A stretch of DNA of 32,461 nucleotides from Batkoa obscura (taxonomy: Eukaryota). Below the pieces are notes generated by a model. The model had not been told where the DNA came from and did no database searches. It saw only the letters and a program-made list of their open reading frames with translations. Position 1 is the stretch's first letter. Each line of letters begins with the position of its first letter. A program made the translations under genes and the position numbers. The DNA lies in NCBI GenBank assembly GCA_030770535.1, contig JASVEC010000201.1:1-32461 (forward strand), read 5' to 3'. Of the stretch, positions 14,100 through 25,028 are shown piece after piece.

Positions 14100-16030
14100 T
14101 TAAATTTGTTTATTATTTAATTTGAGTTCTGCTTCATTTCGAAATTCTTGATTACGAATTTCAATCATACATTGAACATCCACATATAGAAAAGATAAAA
14201 ATAAAAATAAATCAAATAATCCTAAAAGAATAAATATATATAAATACAGCATAATATAATATATAATATAAATTACCTTGAAAATTAACTAATTGTCCTA
14301 ACAACAAATAAAAGCCATCTATTTGAATAGCAAACCCAACCAAATTAGCTGTCATTAACATCAATACATTTAATGTACCGCCAATAGCTCTCAAATATCT
14401 GTAATATGATTTATGCTGGAAAATAAATAAATAAATAAAACAATAGTATATAAATTAAAATACAAATAAATAAATACAAATAATAAATTACCTTCCATTT
14501 CTTTGATGCTTTAACAGCAATCATTTCAGGTAAGAAAAATAAAGCAATTAACCAACCCCAAGCTAACAAATCTAATTCGGTGTCATGCCATAAAGCAACA
14601 AATGTAAATATAACCCATATATTTAAAAAAGAGTATTTAGCTCCTCCTAATGGTACATATAAATATCTATAATAAAATTATATTATTACTAGTATTATAG
14701 TATATTATCATATAATATATATTATTAATTAAATTACCTAACTAACCAGCGATTATAAGAACAATGCCAACCCTTCCAAAAACCTTGAATTGAATAATTA
14801 TTAGTCATACATCTACCCATATTTTCAACTGTATCAATGCCATCCATCATCGCCCATAATCGGAAGAATCTCCAAATAATTAATAACTAGAATAAAATTA
14901 TTGTTAAATCATATTATTATATATTATATATTATATATTGTAATATTAATATGATAATTACCTTTAACCAAATAAACTTCAAACTAAAAAATGAAATCAT
15001 CAATAATTGATAAGGTGTATAATTTTCAAAATTTTTGGATTTACACAAGGCTTGTACATAAATATAATGTAACATAAATTCCATTAATAAAATTACTAAA
15101 ATTAATCTTATTAAATATTTTCCAATTGTTTTCACTGTTAAATTTGGGTTTTTAAATTTAGTCTAATAAAAGTTGTTATTATTTATTATTGCTTTTGTTA
15201 TTAATATAATAGGAAACTTACTTGATACATAAAATCATTAAATGTAATAATTGGACCAGCTAAATATAATGGGGGATAAAATAAATAAGTAAAATAATTG
15301 ACGAAATTATAGTTATTTGCATTTAATTCATATTGAGTTCGTTGTTTACTTGTTGTTAACTAAATTTATATTATTATAAATTATATTGATATAATAATAA
15401 CAATAATACTTACATATTTCTTTTCGTTTAATTTCTCTTCCTCTTCCTCTTGTACTTCCTCTTCGTTAATTGAATTAGGCTTCGACCAATAATAATCCAT
15501 ATTAAAAGATATCATTCTTAATGCAGTTATGTTATAATGAATATCCCATCTTGGTAAAAGCCCATTAAATTCATCCTATAAAATTCAAACTATTAATAAT
15601 TAATACTAAAATGAATGTTTATTATTAAATTTACCATAAATTTTAATCCCATAAAAAAGTGTTCAAATTTCACTTGTTTACTAAAATAATTACAAAATAA
15701 CAATGCAGCAATATTAAAAACCCAAGTGAATACAGGATTGAGCACATTTCTTTTACTCAATTTACCCAATATATAATTTAAACTTATAAATATAAATAAT
15801 TTCATCATAGAATAACCGTGTAATGCAAATAATAAGACCATTGAAAATATGCCTGAAAACATAATTTTACTATTTAAAAATAAATTTCTTATTCCGTATC
15901 CTTTCTTTTTTAAATTGATACTATTGCTAATTAATTGACTTAATAAAACATGAAGTAGCATTAATAATACAATTAATTTATATCGAGAACGAAAACTATT
16001 AAATTGTCCATCGCTCAAATCCTAATTATA

Positions 16031-16070
<40 letters not shown>

Positions 16071-16455
16071 AACAATTACTTCTTTTCTACCAAACATCCA
16101 GCCATCTGATAATCTATCTTTATAAGAATCATAATTGGGATGAGTTTCTAATAAAAATAAAAAATATTTATCAGTATCTTCACTAAAATATAAAAACAAG
16201 AATAAAAATAAAAATAAAAGTTACCATTAGATAAATCAATAACAGAATAAACATATATATAACAGAACCTAGTAAATAAGCATAATAAAAATAATATTCA
16301 TAAGTATTATATAATGGTTTAGGTAAGTTTTTATATTTGCTTTCCCTCAAATCATTACTATTATTCATTGCATTGTTATTTCCGTTTCCAATTTCATTAA
16401 TCTCTTTACTGTTTTTTAATCCCATTTCTATATCTTCTATTGATTTAGTTTCCAT
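14100..16455 (-). CDS. GUP1: GUP1/HHAT-like MBOAT membrane-bound O-acyltransferase, multi-exon
   Basis: Exon translations include [113 protein letters not shown] and FVALWHD (MBOAT catalytic His). Stop at 14102-14100. Confidence 0.93.
16031..16069. repeat. (TAT)n microsatellite in a GUP1 intron
   Basis: About 13 consecutive tat units. Confidence 0.9.
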
Positions 16456-16756
16456 GTAATGATGTTGATAAAATTAAAAAACAATAATACTTAATACTTT
16501 TTTCTGAAAGTTACTCCACTTTTTTTGACCTTAATTTGAAAATGGAGAGTTATTCAACCAATCATTTTTTAATGAGAGTGGCATTTCTTTTAAATGACTG
16601 AAACTAGTAACTAGTAAATTTTATTTTATTTTATTTTCATTCGAAAAACTATATAGTTCATAAATTTTAAATATTTTTACAAAGTGATAATCTTTACTAT
16701 AAACTACTATTTGATATATTTATAAAAACAAACAAATATATTTCATATTAAGATAA

Positions 16757-16861
16757 GTATGGGAATGTGTTTTTGTATTTAACAATTTTATCAATAGCTT
16801 TTTCGTCTAAATAGCGCTTAAAGATGGAAAAAATGGTGAAACCAAAAAAACATCTCCATAT
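16757..16861 (-). mobile_element. MITE family A copy, reverse orientation; a further short fragment at about 16937-16977
   Basis: GTATGGGAATGTGTTTTTG...AAAAAAACATCTCCATAT termini; the interior is the reverse complement of the 21035 copy type. Confidence 0.8.
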
Positions 16862-17377
16862 ATGTAAAAAATAACAATAGCGCTTTATCAACAAAGTATA
16901 AAAAATACTAATACTTATAATATATAAAAATTAAGTGAGGATGGATGTGTTTTTTTGTTAAGGATCTTATTGACAATCAATAAATACTAAAATAATATTT
17001 TATATGTATACAGTAATACAAAGTTAGTTAGAAATAATGTTATTATTAAATTAAGCTATTTGAATATAAAAGATAATCCTTCTTATTGTTATTATTCAAA
17101 GCTAAAGTCTTAAAAAAATCATAGAAAACTTATCTATTAAATTTGATTTATTTATTACTAAATATATAAACTATATATGAGTTATACATAGATTATACAT
17201 AAATTATATACTTTGATTATATGCTATACATAAAGTAAGATTGGATTAAGCTAATTATAAAACTAGCATTAGTATTGAAATTTTGAATTGTTAAATACAG
17301 GTATTGATTTTAGTTATAACTTTATAGCTTTTTTATTACTTGTTACACTCATAGTTAAAAATAGAAGTCAAATAGCC

Positions 17378-17911
17378 AGGAATGTTTTTTTTGGTTTCTG
17401 TGAAATATCGTTTTGTCAGCCCTATGGTTAATTATAACATAATAACCGCCTAAGCTGTTGTGTTCTTGAGCTTAGAGACAATCAATCCTATGCTCTTATT
17501 TTGATCTACTATGAGAATTTCTAGCTTCATTTCAAAGAATATTATCCTCTCTTATTGATATGTATACTTGTCAAAGTATAAAAGAGATTCTAAAATATAG
17601 TAGCTCGAGGCTCTTTAACTGAATTATTCCCTGATAGCTCGAACATTTAATAAAGCCACCAAGTTTTCTTAATAGTATTTTACCTAGATTTTACATTAGT
17701 ATTGTCTATTTTATTTGTTCTGCATAGTCTTTAGTCTATTTCGTCCTATTTTTCATAATCCAATCCTATCTTAATCACATAAACTAAGACCTTTCGACTC
17801 CAATCGCTGCTGAGTACCAGATTTCACGGTCCCATTACTTTTTCCATTTTTTGACTGATCTTTGAGCGAAAAAATTGTCAGTAAAATTTTTAAACAAAAA
17901 ATACATACTTA
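17378..17911 (+). mobile_element. MITE family A copy split by a nested insertion (halves 17378-17398 and 17834-17911)
   Basis: Left half ggaatgttttttttggtttc and right half attactttttccatttt...gtaaaatttttaaacaaaaaatacatac rejoin into the family consensus. Confidence 0.75.
17399..17828 (+). mobile_element. Probable solo LTR (430 bp) inserted into a MITE
   Basis: Begins TGTGAAAT and ends ATTTCACG (inverted termini, TG...CA with one change). Flanked by 5-bp GTTTC/GTCCC. Internal TATAAAAG at about 17577 is followed by AATAAA at about 17648. Visibly more GC-rich than its flanks. Confidence 0.65.
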
Positions 17912-18511
17912 CAATAAATTGTATAAAATTTTAATACTAAATTGAGCTAGTATAAAATAAAATAATTAAAATAAAAAATACTTCATTTTTTTAATCCTTT
18001 AAAAATAGTTAAGTCTTAGATTTACTTTTTATTAAACAGCTTTTTTTATAATTTCATCCTTGAAATTAATTGGCTTTAGTATTTTAAACATTTAAAGCTT
18101 TAAGCTTTTAAAAGTAAAAAAAATAAAAAATAATTTTAATTTTTAATACTTGTAGAATTACAAAAAAATCATAAAGTAAAAATAAACAAGTAGCTATAAA
18201 TGATTTCAAATATTATACTTTATTATACTTTGTCTTTAATTTTTAATATTTAATTAACTTGCAATAATTTACGACGTTTTTAAATCATCATAGCTAAAGC
18301 AAGAAAAAAAATTTAAACTGTTATTATAAGTTCAATAAAAGTGGAAATTCCAAGTAACCTGAGGGAAGTTTTAATATTGTTTGCTTTTGTTAAAACTAAA
18401 TCAAAAAGTTTTCCTATTTGCTTAAGTCATTACTATAACTATGATATGATGAAAATACTTTATTTAAAATAGCTAAATCATAATTGAGTGATATAATATT
18501 ATTCAGGAAGA

Positions 18512-18613
18512 CACAAAAAGAGGATAATTTCAGAGACTCCGCACTAAAGAAGATTAGCTAAATTAGCTAAAAAGCTTTTTAGTGCGGAGTCCCTGAAAAT
18601 ATCTTTTCCTGTG
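18512..18613. repeat. Short foldback / mini inverted-repeat element with ~40-bp arms
   Basis: TTTCAGAGACTCCGCACTAAA (18528-18548) pairs with TTTAGTGCGGAGTCCCTGAAA (18578-18598) with one mismatch. Pairing extends imperfectly to CAC...GTG ends. Confidence 0.85.
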
Positions 18614-19122
18614 AAATTCAATCAAAGCTTGAAATTAAATACCAAATACCAAATATCAAAAGCTTTTCAACTGCTTATTTTATTTAAGAATACTTATACA
18701 ACTAATGAATAATATGAAGACTTTATATGACAGAATGGTATCCATAAATAACTCATTATTTTTTTTCCTTTATATAATGCATCTTCACTTAAGTAGAAGT
18801 TGTCTTTCAAAGTTTTAATAATAAAGTAAATAATAAAGTATATTATATTTAAAGAGTAACGTTATTCAAACACAGCGGTATTAGTTTTAATTTAAATTTA
18901 ATAAATTTTTTAACAAAGAAAATAGAACAAATTACTACTGCTTTCAAGATACTTTTTTATAAATTCCGAAATAAGATGATATATATAAAGTAATATCATA
19001 GATTTCTTTAATTATATTATAAATCATTTTGAATAACTAAAGTAGTAAAAGAATAATCGATATGGAATTTGACAAAGAATAAAGTAAGTTCTTTTAGTGA
19101 TTAGGGTCCTTGGCTTCTAGAC

Positions 19123-19130
19123 TATAAATA
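19123..19130 (+). promoter_or_regulatory. Candidate TATA box of the tyrosinase gene
   Basis: TATAAATA about 115 bp upstream of the ATG. Weak evidence in such AT-rich DNA. Confidence 0.3.
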
Positions 19131-19241
19131 CTATTTGTAATCAACACCCATATAAATTATTTTAATATCTTTTAATATTATCCTTTATCCCATTGTTTAT
19201 ATATCTTAATTTATAAGAAAAAAGTATTAGAATTTAATAAA

Positions 19242-20432
19242 ATGATTTTCAATGTCAAATCCGTCTCTCTAACAATCTTAGGACTTGTGACTTTCATCAC
19301 CAGTCAAGATCTACCATTCTGCAAAACAGAAGATATTAGGGTTCGTAAAAATATTAAAGATCTAAGTGATGATCAATTAGAACGTTATTTTGGTGCAGTA
19401 AAGAAATTAAATAGTGCTCCAAGACCCAATGTATGGGATAATTTTACTAGAATGCACGTTGATTACTTCCCACAGGTACATAACACTCAATTCTTTTTAG
19501 TATGGCATCGTTATTTTTTGTATTTTATGGAAAAAGAATTACAAAAAATTGATCCTTCAGTTACTATTCCATACTGGGATTGGACTGTTGATAGCGAGGA
19601 GCCTAATAATGATTCCATTTATAGTGATAGATATTTTGGAAAAGTAAATGGTAACGATAGATGTATTAATAGTGGGGCATTTAAAGATTTTAAAGTCTTA
19701 GATTTGTATAGTCCAAATGGAGATGAAATTTGTTTAAGACGCAATAAAATATTTACCCAACAAGTAACTGGCGGACCTGAAATGGAAAATCTCTATTTAA
19801 ATAGTGCCCCTATTGGTCAATTTTCTATAGATCTTGAAGGTGTACCACATAGTCGTATTCACAATGGTATTGGTGGGGATTTTGCTACCGGCGTTTCACC
19901 TAGTAACCCTATCTTTTATTCTCACCATGCTTTTGTTGATAAATTATGGTTTGATTACCAAATGCGTTATCCTGAAACTATGGATGAATATGCTTTAAAT
20001 CGTCGTACTCCAGTTGCTCCTTGGGGTTTTCCAGTTCTTCAAGGAATTGATACTTCAGATCGTCTATGCTATGTTTATAAACAAGAACATTTCTCATGGA
20101 CCACACAAGATATATCTTCTCGTTCTGCTTTCATACCTGATTTTACACCAGAACCATATACAGTACCATCCAGCGTTACCACAGTTGAAGAATTAGTTAA
20201 ACATGATGTTGCTTTTGTTACTAGAAATTTTGAGTTAGTTGATATTAACATTCCTAAAGCTTTAGTAAATAATCCATCTTTACTTTCTTCTGCTCCTGGG
20301 GAACCACCAGTCAAATTAATAGATGTAGAATTCATTGCAAAAATGAAATTGAACTATTCAAATATTCGCGAAAATGAGTTACGTGAATTAGAATTTAAAA
20401 ATTTTATGAAAGAAATTGGGAGTGTTCAATAA
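19242..20432 (+). CDS. Secreted tyrosinase / polyphenol oxidase (type-3 dicopper), intronless, 396 aa
   Basis: Hydrophobic signal peptide; RVRKNIKDLS; CuA MH...VHNTQFFLVWHR; IPYWDWT; CuB PHSRIHNGIGG...SPSNPIFYSHHAFVDKLW; YxY motif (CYVY). Confidence 0.95.
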   Translation: MIFNVKSVSLTILGLVTFITSQDLPFCKTEDIRVRKNIKDLSDDQLERYFGAVKKLNSAPRPNVWDNFTRMHVDYFPQVHNTQFFLVWHRYFLYFMEKELQKIDPSVTIPYWDWTVDSEEPNNDSIYSDRYFGKVNGNDRCINSGAFKDFKVLDLYSPNGDEICLRRNKIFTQQVTGGPEMENLYLNSAPIGQFSIDLEGVPHSRIHNGIGGDFATGVSPSNPIFYSHHAFVDKLWFDYQMRYPETMDEYALNRRTPVAPWGFPVLQGIDTSDRLCYVYKQEHFSWTTQDISSRSAFIPDFTPEPYTVPSSVTTVEELVKHDVAFVTRNFELVDINIPKALVNNPSLLSSAPGEPPVKLIDVEFIAKMKLNYSNIRENELRELEFKNFMKEIGSVQ

Positions 20433-20749
20433 TATCTTATTGAATAAATGATCTTTATACCTACATGGATTTTAGTCTTTACATTTGCTTAATTTCAATA
20501 TATATTTTATACTTTTTATTTATCATTTTGTTTATTACTGTTACTTTTAGTACAAATACTTCTAAAATTTAATATATTCAATGCCTGTATCACCTTCAAA
20601 AACATAGTTTGGTTTCTTTTTAATTTCATTTAAAGCTATTTTAGGTGACTCCAAATGTTACAAATATATTAATAAGGTTTATAAATGATAGAACTATTTC
20701 AAACTAAAGGTACCTACTTGAATGTTTTAAATGATTATGTTCCATTAGG

Positions 20750-20855
20750 ATATGGGGCTGTTTTTCTTAGTTTCATTATTTTTCCATTTTTTAAGCGCTA
20801 TTTATGTGGAAAAATTGTCAGTAAAATTCTTAAATACAAAAATACATTCCCATAT
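20750..20855 (+). mobile_element. MITE family A copy
   Basis: ATATGGGGCTGTTTTT...AAAAATACATTCCCATAT termini with the shared interior. Confidence 0.85.
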
Positions 20856-21034
20856 TACCTTTTAAAATTAGAAAGAATTAAATTTTTTAATATTGTATTA
20901 AGAAAATAGTATCAAAGCTAAAATTCTAAAAAATATTTAGTGAATAAAAAATTTGAAATAAAATAAAAAATGAAATGAAATAAAAATTCAATTAGTATCA
21001 TATTTTTGGATGATAAGAACAATAACACATAAAT

Positions 21035-21140
21035 ATATAGGGATGTCTTTTTTGGCTTCATTACTTTTTCCATTTTTAAGCACTACTTAAGCGGAAAATT
21101 CATTAGTAAAATTCTTAAACACAAAAATACATCTTCATAT
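21035..21140 (+). mobile_element. MITE family A copy
   Basis: ATATAGGGATGTCTTTTTT...AAAAATACATCTTCATAT termini with the shared interior. Confidence 0.85.
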
Positions 21141-21345
21141 GATACTTTTTAAATTACAGCTGCTGGAGTTTTATTGTGGATCTTGTTAATTAATAATAAA
21201 ATTTTGCTAAAACTATACTAAAACAAAGACTATGCTTCAAACATAATTGAATTTAAAAATTGTCATAAATCAAGTTGTAATAGCGTTATAGCTAACTATA
21301 GAGATTTAGCTTAAGAAAAATCTTCAATAAATTAATAAATGAGTA

Positions 21346-21576
21346 AGTTTAAAAGCTTGATTTGAATTAAAATAAAATTTTCCAATTTTGCTTTTTATCC
21401 ATTTTCTATTTAGTACAAAATTTCTAAGAAACTATTAGACAAAACTGGATAGAAAACACTTTTGTACAGCTAATCCTAAAATTAAGTAAAAGAGCAGTTA
21501 TTTTGTAGTACTTAGTTTGATTTGCAATTTTTACTAAAAACTAGAGCTAGACAAATTTGAACCAAGCTTTTAAACT
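21346..21576. mobile_element. Possible second, older TIR element (family B, ~230 bp)
   Basis: AGTTTAAAAGCTTG (21346-21359) is the exact reverse complement of CAAGCTTTTAAACT (21563-21576). The right part resembles 11825-11905 in reverse complement. Confidence 0.5.
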
Positions 21577-21980
21577 CATATTTAAATTGCTACTTCATAT
21601 TTAAAAATTAAGCCAAAATAAATTACCCAGATATCAAAAAACGTTTTAACATTAAGGATTATTTACCCTTAATCGAATATAAAGTATTACCAATAAAGCA
21701 TTCAAAATAAAGTATATTAATAATTTCATATGCTTCTAGTAGTTGGACATTAAAATTTTTAAACGTGTTATTTACTTAAAATAGCTAAGACAACAGCCAA
21801 TGACATCCAAATAGCCGAATAAACCTAACAAAAAAAATAAAAAATAAAAAATAAAAAATTTAACAGTTAAAAAAGAAGTTAAAAAAACATCAACTATATC
21901 ATTATACTAATAATATTAAACACTAAACAATAGACCTAACTTTCTTTACCTATTAATTATATTATACATATAAAAATAAA

Positions 21981-22739
21981 ATGATTTTTTATTTATTAGT
22001 ATCACTGTTATTTTATATCACACTAGCACAAGCTCATAGTAACCTAAGGTACCCAATACCACGAGGCAACACCAAGTATAGCAGTTATTGTTCTAGAGGT
22101 TTAGGCTGTGAGGGCCCTTGTGACTCTTCAAGATCCGAGTCTGCTTTTCTAAAGCCCTTCTATCCCAAAAAAGTAATAAAACGTGGCGAAAAGATACGCG
22201 TTGAATGGCTTCGTCAAAATCACCCAGGTGGCTTTATAAGATTAGCATTTGTCCCTTTTGATCAATCAGATGACGCTAATGCATTTGATAATAACGTGAT
22301 CAAGTTTGTATGTTATGAGACAAATTGTGGAGAAACTGAAAGAGATGGACGTTTAGGCCACCTCAATGGGAGAGGAGATGGATTATGTTCAACTTATGTG
22401 ACAGTTCCAGATAATTTACCAGATGGACCTATCACTATGCAATGGATTTGGTTTGGTGGCGGGATATTCTTTGCTGTTCAAGACACTGGATTTGCAAATT
22501 ATTATAATTGCGCAGATATGGAATTGATTGGCGGTAATGAGTTTAATGCGACTCATAAGTATACGGCTTCATTTCAAGGTGGAGATGTTGCAAACATAGA
22601 CACTAATCAGTGTAGATATTGGGGCAGGAATAGCGTCCATCAATGTCCAGAAGGCTCAGAGAATGGGGATTCCTGTGGTAGATTGGTGATAAAAAATGGT
22701 ATACCGGATTATCCTAATTTGTTATTTGAGGAAAAATAA
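21981..22739 (+). CDS. Secreted histidine-brace LPMO-like copper protein, intronless, 252 aa; family unassigned
   Basis: Signal peptide ending AQA places His19 at the mature N-terminus (H-S-N-L-R-Y-P-I-P-R). Second His in NHPGG; TMQWIW; YYNCAD. This motif order is typical of AA10/AA11/AA15/AA16 LPMO folds. Confidence 0.75.
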   Translation: MIFYLLVSLLFYITLAQAHSNLRYPIPRGNTKYSSYCSRGLGCEGPCDSSRSESAFLKPFYPKKVIKRGEKIRVEWLRQNHPGGFIRLAFVPFDQSDDANAFDNNVIKFVCYETNCGETERDGRLGHLNGRGDGLCSTYVTVPDNLPDGPITMQWIWFGGGIFFAVQDTGFANYYNCADMELIGGNEFNATHKYTASFQGGDVANIDTNQCRYWGRNSVHQCPEGSENGDSCGRLVIKNGIPDYPNLLFEEK

Positions 22740-23331
22740 AATAATACTATATACTTATTAATATTATTATTGTTTATTATTATGTACTTAAATTTAAAGG
22801 TTTTTTTAACTAAATTATTTTGTTCTTGAAAAAACAAAAATAGGATAGAATGAGCTACCAAACAATATTATTTCAGTATCAAGTGATATTGAAGAAACAA
22901 AAGCAAGAGCAGAAAAAACAGAAGTAAAATTGAAGAAAGAATTTATTGAAGAAAGACAAATAAAGATAAGGAAATTGACGTAATTTTGATACAGTCCGCT
23001 AAAGTAGAAAAAGAAGTAGTTGTAGGTAATTTGAATTAATTTAAGCCTTAAATGGATCTGAGGAAAAAAGAAAAAACAAAGAGTTATCCAAATTTTCTGA
23101 AACTACTGTATATACGTTTAATTGCCCGGTATACCTGTGTTTGTGCCATTATTGTCGAGCTTGTATGCAAAGGGTAGGTATTAGGAATGTATTGATTTGT
23201 AGAAGGTGTAAATACAGTTATCATATTGCATGTATGAAAAAAAAATCGGTCAATATTTTTGATAGAAGATGGTAATGAAACTATCAATATTGTTTTTCAG
23301 CTATAATAAAATTAACGATTAGATTATGTGA

Positions 23332-23438
23332 ATATGGGGATGTTTTTTTACGTTTAAGGATTTTACTAAGAATTTTTCCGCTCAAATAGTGCTAAAAGGT
23401 GGAAAAAGTAATGAAGCCAAAAAAAAACACTCCCATAT
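23332..23438 (-). mobile_element. MITE family A copy inserted between the PHD and SRA remnants
   Basis: ATATGGGGATGTTTTTTT...AAAAAAACACTCCCATAT termini, flanked on both sides by TGTGA (23327-23331 and 23439-23443). Confidence 0.9.
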
Positions 23439-25028
23439 TGTGAATTTAAATACAAAATCCCAAGTAACCAAACCTGCTTCTTTTACACCGGGAAATTCGA
23501 AAAACATCTTTCAGGTTCTGGTTGGAAGAAAACATTGAATTTATCTTATAACAAGCTGTACAAGCAATCAAATCATTTATATACTAAAATTGTATTTATT
23601 TATTATTCGTTTTTCTATACATGGAATCAGCCAAACTAATACACATCCTGGTTATTGGATTGTATTAGGTAGTGGTTGCGGATTCGATAGCGATAACTGT
23701 CAAGAATTTATTTATATAGGACAAGGGGGTTTTGATACCAAAGGTCACAAAATTGAACATCAAAAGCTTACAGGAGGAAATATGGAACTAGCATCAACGT
23801 ACAACTTCATATTAAATGTTCAAGGTTCTGTTGTAATAAATTGGACTAAAAGCTCACCAGTTCGAGTGTTTTGAGGTGGAAGGCTTTATGTTAAATTCCT
23901 AAAATATACTCCAAAAGTGGGTATAGATACGATGAGATATATAAACTAGTACAATATTACAAGCTTTAAAATCCATCAAACGGATATAACATTTGGCAAT
24001 TTGAATTCAAAAGACATGATATTGAATCTGCTCCATGGATAGAAGAAGGGAAACAATTTATGAAAGAAAATGACATTACATTTGACCAAACAGATCGTAT
24101 TATACCCAGAAAACCTACAGCTCCAAGAAAAAGAAAACCTATTATTATGCTAAAGTTTATTCCTCACAAGAATTTAAATCTTGCATTCATACCAGTTGTA
24201 TTTAATAATGGCAACAGTAGTACTATAGATAATAACGGAGTTGACATTGATCCTAATAATATTGTGGGAACTATCAATGACTATAATGGTTTTAATGGGA
24301 CTATGAGAGGTAGTAATAACAACAATAATACTATAGGAGCTAACAGTAGCTATAATAATAGTGATGTAATTAACAATGGTTACAATGTTGATAATAATAA
24401 GCATGGTGTTAATATTGTTAATAATAATACATATGATTTTAGTTTTGATAGTATACTCAGATATAATACTTATAATCATAATGCTTATAACCGCAATAGC
24501 AAACGTAACAATATATTTAATTCAAATGGTAATCTTTTATATAATAATGGTTTAAGTTTCTCAACAATTGGTTCCAACTTGAATCCCTAGGTTAATAATA
24601 ACACATACAACAATGGTATTATAAATAACGATGATATATATAACAATGGTATTATAAATAATAGTATTATATATAATAGTGACACAGTTAGCACTACTAA
24701 AAGTGCTAAATACGTGATGCCACTATTACTTGAAGATTTGATCGAATTGGATTAGAATAATCAACTAAAATGGAATCAAACAATGATTAAAGAATACGAT
24801 AATTTTAAAGAATTCATAAGCACTGTTCAAAACACTCTTGCATGTGCATTTTGCTCCTCCTTTTTGAACTATAAGAAAGTAATAAGTACCAGGTGTCATC
24901 ATTACTCATGTCATTCTTGTTAACTAGAAACCTAAAGGTCCAACTTACTACATGTCCTGAGTCTTTATTACCTTTGTATCCCGAGTTATAGAATCACGAT
25001 TTGGGCTTTACTACAAATTGTAATTATG

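Noticed and set aside
16004..16186. Poly-Tyr ORF
   Set aside because: Translation of an intronic (TAT)n microsatellite antisense to GUP1.
20685..20909. 74-aa ORF, and the similar 85-aa ORF at 25011-25268, as a small paralogous protein family
   Set aside because: Their similarity (FPFFK.YL.GK.VSKILK.KN) comes entirely from reading through MITE copies.
24060..24590. Asn-rich 176-aa ORF as an independent prion-like protein
   Set aside because: It is in frame with the SRA C-terminus upstream and the RING remnant downstream, so it is the pseudogene's linker.
23590..24990. Stop-codon reassignment or readthrough explaining the in-frame stops in the SRA-RING locus
   Set aside because: All three stop types occur together with frameshifts and MITE insertions, while TOR, AQR and the other genes translate cleanly and end in TAA or TAG.
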